The notes under the pieces were generated by a model that searched no databases, was not told where the DNA came from, and saw only the letters and a program-made list of their open reading frames with translations. A DNA stretch of 64,000 bases from Escherichia phage teqskov. The stretch is taken from sequence record NC_054934.1; one strand, 5' to 3'. The position numbers were made by a program, and so were the translations under genes. This document shows positions 60,412 to 64,000 of this stretch, piece after piece (within the stretch, counting starts at the first letter, position 1; each line of letters starts with the position of its first letter).

Positions 60412-62505
60412 ATGGAACTCATTACAGAATTATTTGACGAAGATACTACTCTTCCGATTACAAACTTAAATCCAAAGAAGAAAATACCACAAATTTTTTC
60501 AGTTCATGTTGATGACGCAATTGAACAACCAGGCTTTCGTTTATGCACGTATACATCTGGAGGTGATACTAATCGCGATTTAAAAATGGGCGATAAAATG
60601 ATGCATATCGTTCCTTTTACATTAACTGCAAAGGGGTCAATTGCTAAATTAAAGGGTCTTGGACCGAGTCCTATTAATTACATCAATTCAGTATTTACCG
60701 TAGCAATGCAAACAATGAAACAGTATAAAATTGATGCATGTATGCTACGCATTCTTAAATCTAAAACAGCCGGTCAATCTCGACAAATTCAACTTATTGC
60801 AGATAGACTCATCCGTAGTCGTTCAGGCGGTAGATACGTCCTTCTTAAGGAACTCTGGGATTACGATAAAAAGTATGCATATATTCTTATACATCGCAAA
60901 AATGTATCACTAGAAGACATTCCAGGAGTTCCGGAAATTAGTACAGAGCTCTTTACTAAAGTTGAATCGAAGGTCGGTGATGTTTATATCAATAAAGATA
61001 CTGGGGCTCAAGTAACTAAAAATGAGGCAATTGCAGCATCAATTGCACAAGAAAATGATAAGCGTTCTGACCAAGCTGTTATTACTAAAGTTAAAATTTC
61101 CCGTAGAGCAATTGCACAAAGTCAGTCATTGGAATCTTCTAGATTTGAAAGTGAATTATTCCAGAAGTATGAATCTACGGCAGCTAATTTTAATAAACCA
61201 GCTACTGCACCTTTAATTCCCGAAGCAGAAGAAATGAAAATTGGAATTAATTCATTAGCTTCTAAAACAAAGGCAGCAAAAATTATTGCTGAAGGAACGG
61301 CAGATGAACTTCATTATGATTATAAATTCTTTCCGCTGAGTCGGGTTGGTGAAGTTTCTGAAAAAATTAAAGATACAATTCTACATGCTATTAAAAATGA
61401 GCCAACTACCTCAATAAAATGTTTAGAAAAATACGCAGCAGCAGTTAATTCACTTTTTGATGAATACAAAGATAGTTGGCTTGCTAAACACAATAAAAAT
61501 CGCAAAGGTCAACCTGACGAAGTTTGGGAAGAATTGACTAAAAATGCTTGGAATGCGGCAAAAACTAAATTTCTTAAACGAATGATATACAGTTTCTCTG
61601 GCGTAGGAGCTGGTCCTATGATTGATATTACAATCGCTCGTGATGGTTCTAAATATACTCCATCACAAAAGAGAGGTATTAGAGAATACTGTGGATCAGG
61701 GTATACTGACATCAATAATCTTCTTTTGGGTCGTTATGATCCAGAACGTTATGAAGTAATGAGTGAAAAAGAAATTGAAGCTGCTATAACTAATTTAGAT
61801 TCTGCTTTTGAAAATGGTGATCGTATACCAGAAGGCATTACAGTTTATCGTGCTCAGAGTATGACTGCTCCTATATACGAAGCTTTAGTTAAAAATAAAG
61901 TGTTCTACTTCAGAAATTTTGTATCTACTTCTTTAACTCCTATCATTTTTGGACGTTTTGGAATCACACATGCTGGTATTGGTCTTTTAGAACCAGAAGC
62001 TCGCAATGAATTAACAGTTGATAAAAATGAAGAAGGAATAACTATTAATCCAAACGAAATAAGAGCGTATAAAGAAAATCCTGAATACGTTAAAGTTCAA
62101 ATAGGATGGGCAATTGATGGAGCTCATAAAGTTAATGTTGTATATCCAGGAAGTCTCGGAATAGCAACAGAAGCTGAAGTTATTCTACCGCGTGGATTGA
62201 TGGTCAAAGTTAATAAAATAACTGATGCTTCTAATAATGACGGAACAACATCTAATAATACAAAACTCATTCAAGCTGAAGTTATGACCACGGAAGAGCT
62301 CACCGAATCGGTAATCTATGATGGAGACCATTTAATGGAAACTGGTGAATTGGTTGCAATGACAGGTGATATTGAAATAGAAGACAGAGTTGACTTTGCA
62401 TCATTTGTTTCATCAAACGTTAAACAGAAAGTAGAATCATCTCTTGGAATTATTGCGTCTTGCATAGATATTACAAACATGCCTTACAAGTTCGTTCAAG
62501 GATAA
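60412..62505 (+). CDS. alt: Alt ADP-ribosyltransferase (virion-packaged)
   Basis: 697 aa; C-terminal ART triad (YRAQ, STS, EAEVILP); N-terminal MELITELF region; late promoter. Confidence 0.85.
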   Translation: MELITELFDEDTTLPITNLNPKKKIPQIFSVHVDDAIEQPGFRLCTYTSGGDTNRDLKMGDKMMHIVPFTLTAKGSIAKLKGLGPSPINYINSVFTVAMQTMKQYKIDACMLRILKSKTAGQSRQIQLIADRLIRSRSGGRYVLLKELWDYDKKYAYILIHRKNVSLEDIPGVPEISTELFTKVESKVGDVYINKDTGAQVTKNEAIAASIAQENDKRSDQAVITKVKISRRAIAQSQSLESSRFESELFQKYESTAANFNKPATAPLIPEAEEMKIGINSLASKTKAAKIIAEGTADELHYDYKFFPLSRVGEVSEKIKDTILHAIKNEPTTSIKCLEKYAAAVNSLFDEYKDSWLAKHNKNRKGQPDEVWEELTKNAWNAAKTKFLKRMIYSFSGVGAGPMIDITIARDGSKYTPSQKRGIREYCGSGYTDINNLLLGRYDPERYEVMSEKEIEAAITNLDSAFENGDRIPEGITVYRAQSMTAPIYEALVKNKVFYFRNFVSTSLTPIIFGRFGITHAGIGLLEPEARNELTVDKNEEGITINPNEIRAYKENPEYVKVQIGWAIDGAHKVNVVYPGSLGIATEAEVILPRGLMVKVNKITDASNNDGTTSNNTKLIQAEVMTTEELTESVIYDGDHLMETGELVAMTGDIEIEDRVDFASFVSSNVKQKVESSLGIIASCIDITNMPYKFVQG

Positions 62506-62508
62506 ATC

Positions 62509-64000
62509 ATGGAACTTATTACAGAATTATTTGACGGCGCTTCGGCGCCGGTTGTTAACTTAAATCCTAAGCATAAAATACCACAAATTTTTGCTATTCA
62601 AGCCGGTGAAGAAAGCGTTCTTCCTGGATTTAGATTTTGTACATACACCTCTGGCGGTGATACGAATAAAAACGTTAAGCCAGGCGACAAAATGATGCAT
62701 ATCGTAATGATAGGTGTCAACGAGAAATTATCGTTAGTCAAGCTTAGAAACTTGGGTGGAAATCCAATTGGCGTCATTAATGCTGTTTTTGATACTGCTC
62801 TTCAAACAATGAAACAGTATAAAATCGACGCATGCCTATTCCGCGTACTAAAAAGTAAAACAAACGGCGCAGCTCGTCAAATGCAAGTTATTGCTGACCG
62901 TTTAGTACGTACTAAAGGAGCAGGTCGATATGTTCTTTTAAAGGAAATCTGGGACTATGATAAGAAATATGCATATATTATGGTTTACCGTAAAAATGCC
63001 AATTTAGAAGACATTCCAGGTGTACCTCCTATTTCAACTGAGTTATTCACAAAAGTTGAATCAAAGGTTGGTGATGTTTATGTAGACGTTAAAACAGGTA
63101 ATGCTGTTCCTAAAGCTGTCGCTGTTGCTGCTTCTATTGCTTTAGAAAATGATAAGCGCACGGATCAAGCTGTTATTCAGAAAACTAAAATTAGTCGTCG
63201 ATTAGCAGCACAAGCTCAATATTCTACTGTTGATGCTTCACTTCAGGGTGATAGCTTCGCTGCTAAGAAATATCAAGAGTTTGAATCTAAAGTTCCGGTA
63301 TATAAAGCAGAAGGTCCGATGAACTCTGGCGTTATTCAGATTGGTTCAAACTTTAGCAAAGGAGCTATCGGTGGTATGAGAAGTGCTTCTCGTTTTAAAT
63401 CTAACGATTATGAACTAGAAAGTTTCCGAAATCATATTGCATTGGCCCATGCACGTTTACGTGATCCATCTATCAAGTTGCAGAGCGATATAACATATCA
63501 AGGTTCTCAAGAATATTTAAAGAATAAAGAATTCTTTGATTATAAAACTGATAAAATTTTAAGCGATCTTGCTGACATTAATATTTCTAATAGCTTTGAT
63601 GTTATTAAGAAAATTATCAATGATTTAGTTAAAGGTTCTAAAGCTACACCAGATGAAAAGACAGCTATTATTCAATTTGTCATGAATGGCATTTATAAAT
63701 TGATTAATGAATCTGCCGCCCAGGCATATGAATACGCAAGCACTGAAGTAACTCCAAAAGGATTAACTCAGGCTGAGTCTGATGTAATTGAAGATTATTG
63801 TGCAGATTCATATGTTGAAATGAACTCGTTCCTTTTAGGTAAACCTGATTCTACCCGTGAAGAATATATGGAACGAGCTATTAAACACATCGAGACGTTG
63901 GATTCTGCATTTGCTAAAGGTTCAGTTCTTCCTCCAGGAACTACTCTTTATCGTGGGCAAGAAGTTACCTTTAAAACTTTGCGTCATAACATTGAAAATA
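62509..64000 (+). CDS. Alt-like ADP-ribosyltransferase paralogue (3' end beyond window)
   Basis: N-terminal 230 aa closely parallel to alt (MELITELFD...KIPQIF...CTYTSGGDTN...KMMHIV); ART Arg motif LYRGQ near window end. Confidence 0.75.
   Translation, partial: MELITELFDGASAPVVNLNPKHKIPQIFAIQAGEESVLPGFRFCTYTSGGDTNKNVKPGDKMMHIVMIGVNEKLSLVKLRNLGGNPIGVINAVFDTALQTMKQYKIDACLFRVLKSKTNGAARQMQVIADRLVRTKGAGRYVLLKEIWDYDKKYAYIMVYRKNANLEDIPGVPPISTELFTKVESKVGDVYVDVKTGNAVPKAVAVAASIALENDKRTDQAVIQKTKISRRLAAQAQYSTVDASLQGDSFAAKKYQEFESKVPVYKAEGPMNSGVIQIGSNFSKGAIGGMRSASRFKSNDYELESFRNHIALAHARLRDPSIKLQSDITYQGSQEYLKNKEFFDYKTDKILSDLADINISNSFDVIKKIINDLVKGSKATPDEKTAIIQFVMNGIYKLINESAAQAYEYASTEVTPKGLTQAESDVIEDYCADSYVEMNSFLLGKPDSTREEYMERAIKHIETLDSAFAKGSVLPPGTTLYRGQEVTFKTLRHNIEN

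Overview
This window is a T4-like (Tevenvirinae-type) myophage genome segment, read in the orientation where early and middle genes are on the + strand and the long-tail-fibre/holin late cluster is on the - strand. Gene calls rest on ORF length, motifs and my recollection of T4 proteins; no database search was run. Recognised content runs from primase gp61 and dCTPase gp56 through soc, modB/modA, dda, dexA, topoisomerase II (gp39, gp52), rIIA/rIIB, denB, ndd, stp, ac, motA and asiA; then holin t and tail fibre genes 38-37-36-35-34 on the - strand; then rnh, dsbA, 33, 59, 32, frd, td, nrdA, nrdB, denA, rnlA, alc, spanins, pseT, cd, 31, rIII, DNA ligase gp30 and alt. The phage is not T4 itself: gene 39 is one fused 605-aa ORF (no gene 60 or bypass element), td and nrdB are uninterrupted, and the 61-56 interval lacks the genes I recall T4 carrying there. 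Regulatory signals are dense: about 17 early promoters (GTTTAC -35, TGnTAtAAT-like -10), three candidate MotA-box middle promoters, seven TATAAATA late promoters and many UUCG-tetraloop terminators. No tRNA, CRISPR array or mobile element was seen. The most interesting accessory content is a NADAR/YbiA-like plus HAD-like gene pair upstream of ligase, tandem alt paralogues, an antisense small membrane-protein gene between 61 and 56, a run of micro-ORFs encoding hydrophobic peptides, a tandem paralogue pair with a shared C-terminal module, and promoter-embedded inverted repeats that would sequester ribosome-binding sites in read-through transcripts.
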